Source of the DNA: Macrostomum lignano
Taxonomy: Eukaryota
DNA length: 64,000 bases
Assembly (NCBI GenBank): GCA_002269645.1
Contig: NIVC01001993.1
Location: forward strand, 124,001-188,000
Direction: 5' to 3'
In this document: positions 62,601-64,000 of the stretch, in pieces
How positions within the stretch are numbered: position 1 is the first letter of the stretch
Layout: each line of letters begins with the position of its first letter
Notes under the pieces: model-generated
The model's database searches: none
Seen by the model: only the letters and a program-made list of their open reading frames with translations
What the model was told of the DNA's origin: nothing
Made by a program: the position numbers and the translations under genes

Positions 62601-64000
62601 TGTCATCCGTTTGCCCATCAATTTGTTCTGGAGCCCTTTATTAATTGAGTTCTTAGGTGACTTAACAAATGCGGAAAAAACTAGACACACACACAGTGGC
62701 CCAACACTTCGTGTCCCAATAATTGCTAGGAAAAATGCACTGCAGTGTTTAAGCATCTCCTCTGAGGGGCCCTTGCATGCATAGCTATAGAATCTGCTAA
62801 GACCCGATCTGAGAGTTAAAAGTACAAAAAGTTATAACGCTTCTAGACACGAAAACGAATGCAGCCACAGCATGAACTAACCTTTCATTGAAGCTTCTGC
62901 TTAAGACTTTGATGCTGTGAAGCATTCTGGCATCTAGCATTACTCTCGTAGTCTATTAGCTGCTCTCCTGAGTTCGAAGCTGACAGGTCTGTTGCAGTCG
63001 GAATCGTTGAGTCGACTGCCAATTTAGTCAATGGGTTTCGTTTCTTCTTTTCACTGGAACCTGTGGTGGGATTAGCAAAAGATTGATTTCGCATATCTAT
63101 TTAGTGATTTCAAGGACGACAAAATCATTCTTCTCTGCATGTCAGCTCCAGAAGATGCTAGTTTTCTTGCAGCTTTCTGTAGGAGCATTCTACTTTAGTA
63201 AAGTGTACCCATTCTAAAATAAGCTGTTTTTAATATGTCCCAACAAGTCTCTGTGCAGTGTGTCATCCGTTTGCCCATCAATTTGTTCTGGAGCCTTTAT
63301 TAATTGAGTTCTTTAGGTGACTTAACAAATGCGGAAAAAACTAGACACACACACAGTGGCCCAACACTTCGTGTCCCAATAATTGCTAGGAAAAATGCAC
63401 TGCAGTGTTTAAGCATCTCCTCTGAGGGGCCCTTGCATGCATAGCTATAGAATCTGCTAAGACCCGATCTGAGAGTTAAAAGTACAAAAAGTTATAACGC
63501 TTCTAGACACGAAAACGAATGCAGCCACAGCATGAACTAACCTTTCATTGAAGCTTCTGCTTAAGACTTTGATGCTGTGAAGCATTCTGGCATCTAGCAT
63601 TACTCTCGTAGACTATTAGCTGCTCTCCTGAGTTCGAAGCTGACAGGTCTGTTGCAGTCGGAATCGTTGAGTCGACTGCCAATTTAGTCAATGGGTTTCG
63701 TTTCTTCTTTTCACTGGAACCTGTGGTGGGATTAGCAAAAGATGATTTCGCATATCTATTTAGTGATTTCAAGGACGACAAAATCATTCTTCTCTGCATG
63801 TCAGCTCCAGAAGATGCTAGTTTTCTTGCAGCTTTCTGTAGGAGCATTCTACTTTAGTAAAGTGTACCCATTCTAAAATAAGCTGTTTTTAATATGTCCC
63901 AACAAGTCTCTGTGCAGTGTGTCATCCGTTTGCCCATCAATTTGTTCTGGAGCACTTTATTAATTGAGTTCTTTAGGTGACTTAACAAATGCGGAAAAAA
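59610..64000. repeat. ~661-bp macrosatellite, at least 6.6 near-identical copies, running off the window end
   Basis: Anchor TAG(T/A)CTATTAGCTGC at 59641, 60303, 60965, 61627, 62288, 62949 and 63609. Confidence 0.98.

Overview
Eukaryotic, repeat-saturated animal genomic DNA. It has spliceosomal GT-AG introns, a TTAGGG tract and GC-rich long exons; the style resembles the flatworm Macrostomum, but that is inference only. Roughly half the window is about 30 distinct tandem arrays with units from 2 bp to 661 bp. Three genes can be reconstructed with phase-consistent splice sites: a divergent Rab24-like GTPase (2 exons, +), a ~1333-aa trichohyalin-like coiled-coil gene (5 exons over 29 kb, +), and a complete BBS5 orthologue (9 exons, -). 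There is also an intronless orphan ORF, a tRNA-derived SINE with a target-site duplication, an interstitial telomere tract and a small MITE-like inverted repeat. Main leads: (1) a ~13-kb element bounded by 23-bp inverted repeats, sitting between two (GACA)n tracts, whose interior is a 10-kb higher-order satellite built from the terminal motif; (2) introns filled by private tandem arrays that often start at or just after the splice donor; (3) a 23-bp satellite made of splice-site consensus sequences; (4) a candidate antisense multi-exon gene interleaved with the coiled-coil gene. No prokaryotic features, CRISPR array or rRNA were seen. All coordinates and counts were read by eye.
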